This document shows, one piece after another, positions 9,675 through 18,631 of a DNA stretch of 64,000 nt. Position 1 is the stretch's first letter, and every line of letters starts with the position of its first letter. Origin of the DNA: Dehalococcoidia bacterium (GTDB lineage: Bacteria; Chloroflexota; Dehalococcoidia; Lucifugimonadales; UBA3495). The notes beneath the pieces were generated by a model. That model was not told the origin of the DNA. It was given only the letters and a program-made list of their open reading frames with translations, and did not search any database. Made by a program: the position numbers and the translations under genes. The stretch covers positions 4,956-68,955 of the forward strand of contig DAOULH010000034.1 in assembly GCA_034420475.1 (NCBI GenBank), given 5' to 3'.

Positions 9675-10499
9675 CTAGCTGTCGCGGTATTCCGCGGTGC
9701 GTTTTTGGCGGAACGCCTCCACGCCTTCAACGTGGTCTTGCGATGTCAGCGTAATCGTCTCGCCGGCGGCGGCCATCTTCATGGCCGTCTCCAGGTCGAA
9801 CTCCAGACCCTTGTACAGCATGAGCTTCGACAGGCGGATGGCGATGGGCGGCCCCGCCGCAATCCGCTCAGCGATGGCCAAGGTCGCCTCCTCAAGCTCG
9901 TCCTCGGCAACCAGCCGATTGAGGAACCCGAGCCGGTAGGCGTCCTCCGCCTCCAGGAAGTCCCCGGTGAACAGCATCTCCGCCGCTCGACCCAGGCTGC
10001 CCAGGGTCCGCGGGTACAGCCAGGTACCGCCAAATCCCGGGAACAGTCCGATCCGGACGTACGCGGACATGAACCGCGATCGCGGCGTGCCGGTGCGAAT
10101 GTCGCAGGCGCAGGCCAGGTCCAGACCCGCGCCGGTGGCGACGCCGTTCACCATGGCAATCACCGGCTTTTCGCACCGCTGCACGCCCAGGATCATGTCC
10201 TGCGCCAGCTTGAAACTTCGCCGCACCTGGTCTGCATTGCCCGATGTCCAGCCGCTGCCGTTGCCATTGGCCGAACCGCCGAGCTGGTTCATGTCGCCGC
10301 CGGCGCAGAAGGCTCGCCCGGCGCCGGTGATGATCACTACCCGAGTGTCGGGGTCAGCGTCGGCCTTCGCCACGGCGTCGGCGATCTCCACCTGCATTTG
10401 GTCGTTCAGGGCATTCAGGCGGTCGGGCCGGTTGAGAGTGATCTGGGTGATGCTGCTGTCACGGTCGGCTTCATAAAGGATGAGTTCGTAATCGGGCAT
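9675..10499 (-). CDS. enoyl-CoA hydratase/isomerase (crotonase) family protein
   Basis: ITLNRPDRLNALN, ITGAGRAFCAGGD, MVNGVATGAGLDLA. Start moved to ATG 10499, which has GGAGGA 9 nt upstream. Confidence 0.85.
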   Translation of the reverse strand: MPDYELILYEADRDSSITQITLNRPDRLNALNDQMQVEIADAVAKADADPDTRVVIITGAGRAFCAGGDMNQLGGSANGNGSGWTSGNADQVRRSFKLAQDMILGVQRCEKPVIAMVNGVATGAGLDLACACDIRTGTPRSRFMSAYVRIGLFPGFGGTWLYPRTLGSLGRAAEMLFTGDFLEAEDAYRLGFLNRLVAEDELEEATLAIAERIAAGPPIAIRLSKLMLYKGLEFDLETAMKMAAAGETITLTSQDHVEGVEAFRQKRTAEYRDS

Positions 10500-10594
10500 T
10501 AAATCGTTTCCTCCGATGGCGTCAACTATTGATTTTAGCATGGGAGACCGATTTTACTGCGGAAGGTTTGGGTTATAATGCGGTGGAGAGCCCA

Positions 10595-11151
10595 ATGGAA
10601 GCCGGTCAGATGGTTCATGCCCCGGAAACCATATCCGATGCTATCGCACAGGGGTTGCGGGCGGCCGATGATCCGCCTCGCTCCGGCGATGCGTTCAAGT
10701 CCGCAGCGACGTATGCCGGACTGAGCGACGACTTTTGCCGGGAAGCGTGGAAGCATCTCCGGGAAGATGGCGACCTGCCCCAGGCATCCAACAAGGCTTG
10801 GGGGATGGTGGCGGAAACGGTGAAGGACATCGGCGCGCACCACGGCGGGATCATCCATACCCCCGCTCCATCATGTTGGTGGCCCGCGAATTGGCGCGAT
10901 TGGTTCGTGAGTCGGGCGACGTCGAAACGGCGGCCTGGATCAATAACGCATTTCGTACCGCGCGGGGGCCCCATGCCAACCTCTACGAGGACGCGGAGTC
11001 GGCAGACGAGGTCGCCGACGGCGTGCAGTTGTCCGAGCAGCTGTCGGACCGGCTCTACCAACTGCTCTGGTCCGCCGGTCAGCATCCTGAGAACCGGATC
11101 ACCCCGAAACCGGAAGAGTATCGTTGTCCATCGAATGCTTGGGAGTCGTAG
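10595..11151 (+). pseudogene. PaREP1/HEPN-like helical protein interrupted by a 1-nt frameshift in a C5 run (10860-10864)
   Basis: N-terminal half in the 10529-ORF frame (ASNKAWGMVAETVKDIGAHHGGIIHTP). Continuation RSIMLVARELARLVRESGD...FRTARGPHANLYED in the 10735-ORF frame. The joined product parallels the intact paralog at 36425-36952. GGAG RBS before ATG 10595. Confidence 0.55.
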
Positions 11152-11311
11152 CGCCCGAACTCGTCGATCATATTGAGACAGTCCGGCGCCACGGTTTAAG
11201 GTATCCAACCAACACGTGCCGCCAGGCGTCAGGGATTGCTGCTCGGCGCCGGCGCGGACCAGACAGGCACGCTTTGAGAATTTACCCAGGACTATCACGG
11301 AGGTGTGCAAA

Positions 11312-12187
11312 GTGGAAGATTTGTCGAACGGGGTATTAATCGCCATCGATTGGGAAAACATACGTCGCGGGGCGACGCTGTACCAGAAAAGCGTAACCCC
11401 TCAAGCGTTGTACGAAGCCATGACTAAGGTGGGGCAGGTTTTCGGAGAAGTGATGGGGGGCAAGGCATTCGGAGACTGGAGCCTCCGGCCCGATGACGGC
11501 ACCGCTTTCACTCAGGCGGGCATCACCCTTTACCACGCCCCCCGGACCATGGCCGGCAAAGACCGCAGCGACCCGTCCATCCTGCTGGAGGTCTACGACT
11601 GGCTCCGTGACCGCGAAGATTGCAGCGTGGTCATCCTCGGTTCCGGAGATTCCGACTACCAGGTGCTGGTGGACCGGGCTCGCAGCATGGGTCGTCGGGT
11701 GATTCTTTGCGCCTTCAGCCAGTCCGTCGCCCGCGACATGCTCGCCGTTGCCCCATTGTTCCCGCTGGAAGCCGAGCTGGGTTTCCAACTGGCCGAACAT
11801 GGTGATGTTGATATCCAGCTGCCCACTCTGGAGGAACAGGCGGAAGCGGCCCAGGATGTGCTCCAGATCTTCGTCCGCGAAATGAACAAGCTGGAATCCC
11901 GCATGAACTTCGTGGGATACAGTATGCTGTGCAACCAGTGGATGCTCGACTGGGGGATCGCCTGGAACGAATTTGAATGCCGCCGGCTGGTGGAAGATTG
12001 GCTGTACGAAGGGATCATCGAACGGCACGATGTCCCCAACCCCAACAATCCCCAGTATCCCACCTCCGCAGTGCGCCTCGTCCGAACCAACGAATTGGTT
12101 CGCGACGCCCTGGGATTGAACCGCCCGGCAATCTCCAATCCGGTGCTCTCCTCCGTCGGCGATCAGAACTATCAAAACTCGGAGTAA
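11312..12187 (+). CDS. NYN-domain (LabA/DUF88-like) putative ribonuclease with C-terminal helical domain
   Basis: VLIAIDWENI...GDW....DPSILLEVYDW...VVILGSGDSDYQVLVDRARSMGRRV matches the NYN/LabA acidic-residue pattern. GTG 11312 has GGAGG 9 nt upstream. Confidence 0.7.
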   Translation: MEDLSNGVLIAIDWENIRRGATLYQKSVTPQALYEAMTKVGQVFGEVMGGKAFGDWSLRPDDGTAFTQAGITLYHAPRTMAGKDRSDPSILLEVYDWLRDREDCSVVILGSGDSDYQVLVDRARSMGRRVILCAFSQSVARDMLAVAPLFPLEAELGFQLAEHGDVDIQLPTLEEQAEAAQDVLQIFVREMNKLESRMNFVGYSMLCNQWMLDWGIAWNEFECRRLVEDWLYEGIIERHDVPNPNNPQYPTSAVRLVRTNELVRDALGLNRPAISNPVLSSVGDQNYQNSE

Positions 12188-12191
12188 ACGG

Positions 12192-13379
12192 ATGCCCCCC
12201 TTCAGCTACATCGACCATCTCGAGTGCACCATCTGCGGCAACGAGTATCCCTACGATGGGCTCGCTACCGTCAGCGATTGCTGCGGCAAGGTTCTCTTCG
12301 TCCGGTATGACCTCCCCCGCCTGCGCCGCGAGGTGCAACGCTCGGTGTTCGACAGCCGACCGGCCAACATGTGGCGTTACAACGAGCTGCTCCCGGTGAC
12401 TGACCCCGGGGAAGTCATCACCCTGGGCGAAGGCGGCACCCCGCTCCTGGATGCCACCACGCTGGCCCGCCAGGTAGGCGTCCGGCGGCTGCTCATCAAG
12501 GAGGAGGGCCTCAATCCCACCGGCACCTTCAAGGCCCGGGGCATCGCGGCGGCGGTATCCAAGGCCGTGGAGGTGGGAGCCCGCGGGTTCACCATGCCCT
12601 CGGCGGGCAACGCGGCCGGCGCGGCCGCCGCCTATTGCGCTCGCGCCGGCACCCCGGTCAAGGTCTTCATGCCCCAGGACGCGCCGTCGTCCAACAAGAA
12701 GGAGTCCATCGTCGCCGGCTCCGAACTGAACCTTGTGGACGGCCTGATCAGCGACGCCGGCCGCATCGCCGTTTCCGTCGCCGCCGAGCAGGGCCTGTTC
12801 GACCTGTCCACCCTCAAGGAACCGTGCCGCGCCGAGGGCAAGAAGACCATGGGCCTGGAAATCGCCCACCAGCTGGGTTGGCGTATGCCCGACGCCATCG
12901 TGTACCCCACGGGCGGAGGCACCGGCATCATCGGGATGCACAAGGGATTCCAGGAACTGCTGGAACTGGGCTGGATCGAAGGCAAACTGCCCCGGTTCTA
13001 CGCCGTCCAGGCCGACGGCTGCCAACCCATCGTCAAGGCCTGGAACGACGGCGCCGACACCGCTGACCCGTGGCCCAACGCCACCACCAAGGCCGATGGC
13101 CTGCGGGTGCCCGGCCCCTTCGCCGACTACCTGATCCTGCAAGCGCTCCGGGAAACCGGCGGCGGCGCTCTCGCCGTCAGCGACGACGACATGATCGAGG
13201 CGATGTACACGCTGGCCGCCACCGAAGGAGTGATCGCCTGCCCCGAGGGCGCGGCGACGCTGGTGGGCCTGCAACGGCTCCTGGCCGACGGCAGCATCGG
13301 CGCCGACGAGGAAGTGGTGCTGCTGAACACCGGCTCGGGCTACAAGTACCTCGACCTGCTGCGGGGGCCGGGCGAATAG
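12192..13379 (+). CDS. thrC: threonine synthase
   Basis: 395 aa. N-terminal Cys cluster (CTICGNEY...DCCG) and the PLP-lysine motif NPTGTFKARG, typical of short-type ThrC. Confidence 0.85.
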   Translation: MPPFSYIDHLECTICGNEYPYDGLATVSDCCGKVLFVRYDLPRLRREVQRSVFDSRPANMWRYNELLPVTDPGEVITLGEGGTPLLDATTLARQVGVRRLLIKEEGLNPTGTFKARGIAAAVSKAVEVGARGFTMPSAGNAAGAAAAYCARAGTPVKVFMPQDAPSSNKKESIVAGSELNLVDGLISDAGRIAVSVAAEQGLFDLSTLKEPCRAEGKKTMGLEIAHQLGWRMPDAIVYPTGGGTGIIGMHKGFQELLELGWIEGKLPRFYAVQADGCQPIVKAWNDGADTADPWPNATTKADGLRVPGPFADYLILQALRETGGGALAVSDDDMIEAMYTLAATEGVIACPEGAATLVGLQRLLADGSIGADEEVVLLNTGSGYKYLDLLRGPGE

Positions 13380-13418
13380 GCGCGGTGGGCAGAGCCGGGT
13401 TTCTCCGGTTATGGCAGC

Positions 13419-14432
13419 CTAAAGCAGCGGCATCTGGAACGCGCGGTCCGCTTGCGTGGCGTTCTTCCCCAGGTGAATGGCCGAGTAGCCCTGGCGGCGC
13501 AGGTGCTCTGCGAGATCCGGAAACCCGAACACGGTGTACACCTGCCTGGGGCGCACCGCGTCCACGTAAGCGACCAGGTCATTGAAATCGGCGTGATCGC
13601 TGTACGGCAGGCTGGCGTCACCCGGCCGGCCGCGCCCCCAGGGCTTGACGCCGGCTCCCGCCGCCCACCCGGTTAGCTCCAGGTAGCGGACGGGCCGACG
13701 TTCCGGCTTGATGCGGTGGACCGTTTCCCGTGATTTCTTGCCCGGCGGGAAGAGCAGCGCCTCGCCTTCCCGGAACTCCCCGTCACAAACGCGGTACTCG
13801 CCCGGAAATTCCACACCGGCTTCCTCGTATCTCTGCGCGATGTCGTACACGCTCTCTTCGCACGCCACGCGGAAACCGGCCGTCAGCAGGTGGTGCAACG
13901 CTTCCTGCGCCTTGCCCAGTCGCCAGCCCATCACCACGGGCAGGGCTCCCTGATCCAGCCATTGGGCCACCACGCGCATGGCGGTGCCTATCGCCTCATC
14001 CTGGGGCGGGAAAACGTAGTCGGGACGGCCGTAGGTGCTTTCGATAACCAGCACGTCGCAGGGAACCTGCTGGTGCCCGTCGTTTATCGGCGACGGCTGA
14101 ACCCTCAGATCACCCGTGTACAGCAGGCGCTCGCCGGTCGCCTTGCTCTCCACCAGCGTCTGGGCGGATCCCAGGCAGTGGCCGGCCGGATAGAGGGTGA
14201 TGGCGCAATCCGGAAAGTCCAGCGTCTCGCCGAACTCCAGTTCCACCGGATCGGCTCGGCTCAGGTAATCGCCCAGCAGCAGCCTGGTGCCCGGCGTCAG
14301 CACGGGGCGGCGATGTCTCGCCGTGTGATCGGAATGGGCGTGGGAGATGACCGAGGCATCCTGTTTGCGCAGGGCATCGAGCCACAGCCCCATCTCCGGG
14401 AGATACAACCCCCTGTCGAATACCACTTCCAA
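13419..14432 (-). CDS. MBL-fold/beta-CASP-like hydrolase resembling ligase-associated DNA-damage-response exonuclease
   Basis: GLYLPEMGLWLDA....ASVISHAHSDHT near the N-terminus and YSDHADFNDL near the C-terminus. No ligase or Lhr helicase is adjacent. Confidence 0.65.
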   Translation of the reverse strand: MEVVFDRGLYLPEMGLWLDALRKQDASVISHAHSDHTARHRRPVLTPGTRLLLGDYLSRADPVELEFGETLDFPDCAITLYPAGHCLGSAQTLVESKATGERLLYTGDLRVQPSPINDGHQQVPCDVLVIESTYGRPDYVFPPQDEAIGTAMRVVAQWLDQGALPVVMGWRLGKAQEALHHLLTAGFRVACEESVYDIAQRYEEAGVEFPGEYRVCDGEFREGEALLFPPGKKSRETVHRIKPERRPVRYLELTGWAAGAGVKPWGRGRPGDASLPYSDHADFNDLVAYVDAVRPRQVYTVFGFPDLAEHLRRQGYSAIHLGKNATQADRAFQMPLL

Positions 14433-14629
14433 TCGAGCGCCCCGGCCGCCGGCTGCGGCGTCGCGGAGTATAGCATGGTACCCTTGAGAACAGCGGACGA
14501 GCCGCCAACGAAGCCGGCTGATTGCTCCTTGTGCCGGTGGTTCCCGGCGTGCGGTATAATCCTGGGCAACCCCGCCGGAGGGCCAGCCGTCGCCTGTCGC
14601 CCGCCCGGCAACAACTGAGGAGAAGCTAG

Positions 14630-15097
14630 ATGCCAGGTCAAATCGGCGACACCGCGCCGGACTTCACTCTCCCGTCCCCCAACGACGGAGACATTTCATT
14701 GAGCAACTACCGCGGCACCCATACCGTGGTTCTGTCCTTCCACGTCCTGGACTTCACCAGCGGTTGAACGGACCAGGCCACCTCCTTCCGCCGCTTCAAC
14801 GCGCGGTTCCAGGAGTTGAATGCCCAGGTGCTGGGCATCAGTTGTGACCACGTAGCCGCTCACCGGGCCTGGACCACCACCATGGGCGGGCTGCCCTATC
14901 CCGAACTGTCTGACTGGCATCCCAAAGGCCAGGTGACCACCGCATACGACCTCTGGAACGACGAGCGTGGCGCCGGAACCCGCGCCGTGATCATCGTCGA
15001 CCCGCAAGGCGTCATCCGGTATCGGGAGACCTACCAGCCGGGCACCCTGCCCGATCCGGAGGACATCCTCCAGGCCGTGTCCGACATCAACGGCTAA
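14630..15097 (+). CDS. BCP-type peroxiredoxin with in-frame TGA (14765-14767) at the peroxidatic Cys position; candidate selenoprotein
   Basis: ATG 14630 with GAGGAG RBS. Reads MPGQIGDTAPDFTLPS...VVLSFHVLDFTSG-TGA-TDQATSF and continues in the same frame into the 14816 ORF (GISCDH...IIVDPQGVIRY). The TGA aligns with C of the DFTPGCT motif. Confidence 0.7.
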
Positions 15098-15102
15098 AGC
15101 AA

Positions 15103-15130
15103 TTGGGGCGGGTTGCAGAACCCGCCCCAA
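15103..15130. terminator. bidirectional hairpin between the convergent peroxiredoxin and greA genes
   Basis: ttggggcgggtt-gcag-aacccgccccaa, a 12-bp perfect stem followed by tctttg. Confidence 0.6.
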
Positions 15131-15159
15131 TCTTTGCCTGGTTCAAATTCCGGTGGACG

Positions 15160-16029
15160 TTATCCGCCGATGCCCTCGATCCGGTACTCCACTGCGCCCC
15201 GGGGCGTCGTAATCGTCACTTCTTCGCCGGCGCTCCGTCCCATCAGCGCCTGCCCGATGGGCGACACCGTCGAGATCTTCCCCGCCGAAACGTCCGCCTC
15301 GCGCACGTCCACCAGCGTGAACACGCGCTCCTGCTGCGATGCCACCTCGTGCAGCGTGACCCGGGAGCCGATGCTGACCCGTTCCGTGTCGGCGTTCGCG
15401 GCGTCCACAATTTCCACGTTGGCCAGGTCGTTCTCCAGTTGCCGTATGCGTCGCTCCGTCAGCTGCTGCTGTTCACGGGCCGCATCCAGCGGGGCGTTCT
15501 CCCGCACGTCGCCGTCGCTCCGGGCCAGTCGGATCGCCTCACGAATCTGGGGGACTTCTTCCCGCAGACGCTGCAATTCGGCCTGCAACTCGGTATGACG
15601 CTCCTGGCTGAGCCGCGCGCTCGGCGTCCCCGCCGCCCGGGATCCGGCCTCTCCCGCGGCGAACCGCCGCCGGTTCCGGCGGGGGGCCGCTGCGTAGCGC
15701 GCCAGGCTGATCTCGGTCCAGCCGCGCTTGTTGGCGAACGTCAGGAACTTCTTTACCGGATCAAGCCTCGACGCCGGGTCTTCCACGTTCTCCGTGGTCC
15801 ACTTGGCGTATTCGCCAACCTCAATAGCATGAAGCGTTGCGAGCTCTTTGTCTTTCCCTATCCGGGCCTGAAAACGCAACAATTCCTGCTGGCCCTGCAT
15901 TGCCTGCTTGCTATCTTTTAGGTGTTCTACAAACCTACTGATCGCTTCCGAAATCGAGAGGTGCTGGTCGTTGGTCAACTGTTTATCCCTCCGGTTTTGG
16001 CGCAGGCTCAGGCTGCAAACTCGTCTCAA
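15160..16029 (-). CDS. greA: transcription elongation factor GreA with ~130-aa N-terminal extension
   Basis: The C-terminal ~155 aa are full GreA (GDVRENAPLDAAREQQ coiled-coil tip; ISTVSPIGQALMGRSAGEEV). The N-terminal part resembles an integrase SAM-like/core-binding domain. The true start is uncertain. Confidence 0.7.
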   Translation of the reverse strand: MRRVCSLSLRQNRRDKQLTNDQHLSISEAISRFVEHLKDSKQAMQGQQELLRFQARIGKDKELATLHAIEVGEYAKWTTENVEDPASRLDPVKKFLTFANKRGWTEISLARYAAAPRRNRRRFAAGEAGSRAAGTPSARLSQERHTELQAELQRLREEVPQIREAIRLARSDGDVRENAPLDAAREQQQLTERRIRQLENDLANVEIVDAANADTERVSIGSRVTLHEVASQQERVFTLVDVREADVSAGKISTVSPIGQALMGRSAGEEVTITTPRGAVEYRIEGIGG

Positions 16030-16183
16030 TATAGCATTTTGGCCGGCGGTAGGGCAAACGCGATGATCTCCCCCGAATCATGCTACCGATTGTCCAAGCG
16101 CCATCGCGCTCGTATGATGGTACAAAATGCGCCAGTCGGCCGCTCTTACCAACGCCGTCAGCGCTGCATCGCAGGTGCCCTTT

Positions 16184-16786
16184 ATGACAACACCATCTCT
16201 CATCACCATCCCGGCGCGGCGCGGCAAGGCCGCCTTCCTGGAACAGGGCCAAAGCGTGCGGGTCATCAACACCCACGGCCAGCAGGTCGTCGACACCTGG
16301 GCCTTCTCCCGCCATGACCCAACGGAGTTCATGTCCATGGAGCACTCCCGCACCGCCATCGCCCGGATCATGGCGCAGGTCGGCCAGTCCATGGTCACCA
16401 ACCGGCGCCGTCCGATCCTGACGCTGGTAGAAGACACGTCGGGCGGGATACACGACACGCTGATAGCAGCGTGTGACCGGTATCGCTACGAACTGCTGGG
16501 CTGCGAGGACTACCACGACAACTGCACCGACAACCTGGCCGCAGCTCTCGCGGAGCTTGGGCTGACTCCGCCGGAAACCCCCAGCCCGTGGAACCTGTTC
16601 ATGAACATCCCGGTGGGCGCTGACGGCACGGTCAGCTTCGAACCACCGGTCTCCGGGCCGGGGAACCACCTGACCCTGCGCGCCGAAATGGACTGCATCA
16701 TCGCGTTCTCAGCCTGTCCCCAGGACATAGTGCCCATCAACGGCGTCGACTGCGTTCCCACCGAGGCGCACTTCCAGATCATCTAG
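16184..16786 (+). CDS. DUF1989 (urea-carboxylase-associated/aminomethyltransferase-like) family protein
   Basis: IPARRGKAAFLEQGQSVRVINTHGQQVVDTWAF...HLTLRAEMDCIIAFSACPQD is the DUF1989 pattern as I remember it. Internal ATG 16184 chosen as start. Confidence 0.65.
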   Translation: MTTPSLITIPARRGKAAFLEQGQSVRVINTHGQQVVDTWAFSRHDPTEFMSMEHSRTAIARIMAQVGQSMVTNRRRPILTLVEDTSGGIHDTLIAACDRYRYELLGCEDYHDNCTDNLAAALAELGLTPPETPSPWNLFMNIPVGADGTVSFEPPVSGPGNHLTLRAEMDCIIAFSACPQDIVPINGVDCVPTEAHFQII

Positions 16787-16888
16787 CCGAGAGGAAGGTT
16801 CAGGGAATCGTCCTTCCTGCGAAAGAACGTCATCCGTACTTGATACGGGGCCGGAATTCAGAACATTCCGAACACGGCGATCTTCCGG

Positions 16889-16911
16889 ATTCCCGCTTCC
16901 GCGGGAATGAC
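16889..16911. repeat. short palindromic intergenic repeat (ATTCCCGC-loop-GCGGGAATGAC type)
   Basis: attcccgc-ttcc-gcgggaat followed by gac. Degenerate related hairpins lie just upstream (ccgtacttgatacgg at ~16834-16848). Confidence 0.55.
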
Positions 16912-17025
16912 GGAGTAACTTGGAATGCCCCGCCGGTGAATTGATGACAACGCCCCGTGCCGCCGCCCGACGGCCCTATGCTATGCTACCGGCACTGAAC
17001 TCCAGAACACACGGAGGCCGTTGCC

Positions 17026-17991
17026 ATGAAAGCCATGCAGATTACCGAATACGGCGGACCCGAGGTAATGAAATACGTCGACCTGCCGGATCCCAGCCCG
17101 GGCCCGGAGCAGGCCGTGGTGGACATCCAGGCCGTTGGCGTGAACTTCACCGACATCTACAGCCGCATGGGCGTCAATCCTCCCGGCCTTCCCTGGGTGG
17201 CCGGGGTTGAAGGAGCCGGCGTGGTTCGAGAGGTCGGCCCCGGAGTCACCAACGTCGCCGCCGGCGATACCGTCGCGTATTGCAGTCACCCCGGTTCCTA
17301 CGCCGAGCAGGCCCTGGTCCCTGCGTGGCGCCTGATCAAGATGCCCGAGGGGCTGTCGGCTCGAGACGGCGCGGCCGCCATGCTCCAGGGAATGACCGCC
17401 CACTACCTGTGCTACGACACTTATCGAGTCCAGCCCGGCGACCGCGTGCTGGTCCATTCCGGGGCCGGCGGGGTCGGCCTGCTGCTCATCCAGATGTGCA
17501 AGGCTCTCGGCGCCTACGTTTACTCCACCGTGTCCACCGAGGCCAAGGCGGAGCTGGCCCGGGGAGCCGGGGCGGACCAAGTAATCCTGTACACCCAGCA
17601 GGATTTCGCTGCGGAAATCGCCGCTGCCACCGACGGCGCCGGGCTCCAGGCGGTGTACGACGCGGTTGGGAAGGACACCTTCGACCGCAGCATCGCCTGC
17701 CTCGCGCCGCGGGGCTACATGGTGCTCTACGGGCAGGCCAGCGGCCCCGTCGAAGCCATGGACCCGCGTATCCTGGGCAACGGCTCCAAGTTCCTGACCC
17801 GGCCCGGCCTGGGAGACTACACCTCCAACCGGGAGGAGCTGGAAAAGCGGGCTGGCGCCGTGCTCGGATGGGTCCAGTCCGGCGAGCTCAACCTGCGGGT
17901 GGAGCACCTCTTCCCACTGTCCGAAGCCCCGGAGGCTCACCGCCAACTGGCCGGCCGCGCCACCACCGGTAAGATCATCCTCACCCCGTAG
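17026..17991 (+). CDS. NADPH:quinone oxidoreductase (zinc-type alcohol dehydrogenase superfamily)
   Basis: 321 aa. MKAMQITEYGGPEVMKYVDLPDP..., nucleotide fold VLVHSGAGGVGLLLIQ, C-terminal GKIIL. Confidence 0.85.
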   Translation: MKAMQITEYGGPEVMKYVDLPDPSPGPEQAVVDIQAVGVNFTDIYSRMGVNPPGLPWVAGVEGAGVVREVGPGVTNVAAGDTVAYCSHPGSYAEQALVPAWRLIKMPEGLSARDGAAAMLQGMTAHYLCYDTYRVQPGDRVLVHSGAGGVGLLLIQMCKALGAYVYSTVSTEAKAELARGAGADQVILYTQQDFAAEIAAATDGAGLQAVYDAVGKDTFDRSIACLAPRGYMVLYGQASGPVEAMDPRILGNGSKFLTRPGLGDYTSNREELEKRAGAVLGWVQSGELNLRVEHLFPLSEAPEAHRQLAGRATTGKIILTP

Positions 17992-17994
17992 CCG

Positions 17995-18507
17995 TTGCTC
18001 TCTGCCGTCCCGGGTACAGCACACTCAACGATGCTACCCACGCAGTCACCGTCATCGTGGCCCGCTCCTAAAGGCGTTCTGCTGAGCGACCTGGAGTGGG
18101 TCCAGGACGTTGCCGACAAGTATTGCCTGGACGGCCTGGAGATTCCGGCCGGATCGGTGGTGCTGGAGCGGATTTCCGCCACCGGCGGCCGGTGTTTCTG
18201 CTACCCCGACGGCTCCTGGCTCATCGGGCTGTCCCATCCCCGGCTGCAACGCGCCGGGCGCCGGGGCATCGAGGGCATTCTGGCGCACGAACTGCTGCAC
18301 GCCTGGCTTTGGTCCCGTCACCGTTACCAGGGCCATGGCGCGGTTTTCGAGGGGCACGCCTCGGCTCGCGGCATTCCGCGATGGTGCTCAGCGTTCGGTG
18401 AGGTGCGCCGCCAGGGCCCCCAACAATTGGCGCTGTTCGACACCTGGCCGCCGGCGCCGCTGCCGGGCGCATCATCTCCTACCCGGTTTTCGACGCGCGG
18501 GGCCTGA
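17995..18507 (+). CDS. SprT-like zinc metallopeptidase domain protein
   Basis: HExxH motif in ILAHELLHAW followed by GHG..F, in a ~150-170-aa protein. Start uncertain (ATG 17995 or 18031). Confidence 0.55.
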   Translation: MLSAVPGTAHSTMLPTQSPSSWPAPKGVLLSDLEWVQDVADKYCLDGLEIPAGSVVLERISATGGRCFCYPDGSWLIGLSHPRLQRAGRRGIEGILAHELLHAWLWSRHRYQGHGAVFEGHASARGIPRWCSAFGEVRRQGPQQLALFDTWPPAPLPGASSPTRFSTRGA

Positions 18508-18602
18508 CACATAGGCCACTGATTCTAATTCAAGCGTTGTCGCGCCTCAAACCGTACCTTTTTGCGAGTTTTTGCGAAATTTGCTCAAAAATGGCCTCAG
18601 AT

Positions 18603-18631
18603 TTGACATCGGGCACCAGTGCGGCTAAACT
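18603..18631 (+). promoter_or_regulatory. near-consensus sigma-70-type promoter
   Basis: TTGACA (18603-18608), 17-nt spacer, TAAACT (18626-18631). Preceded by two TTTTTGCGA direct repeats 10 bp apart (18559-18577). Confidence 0.55.

Noticed and set aside
10615-11361. 248-aa minus-strand ORF across the PaREP1-like locus
   Set aside because: No motifs. It is antisense to a plus-strand reading that, once the frameshift is allowed, matches a paralog elsewhere in the window.
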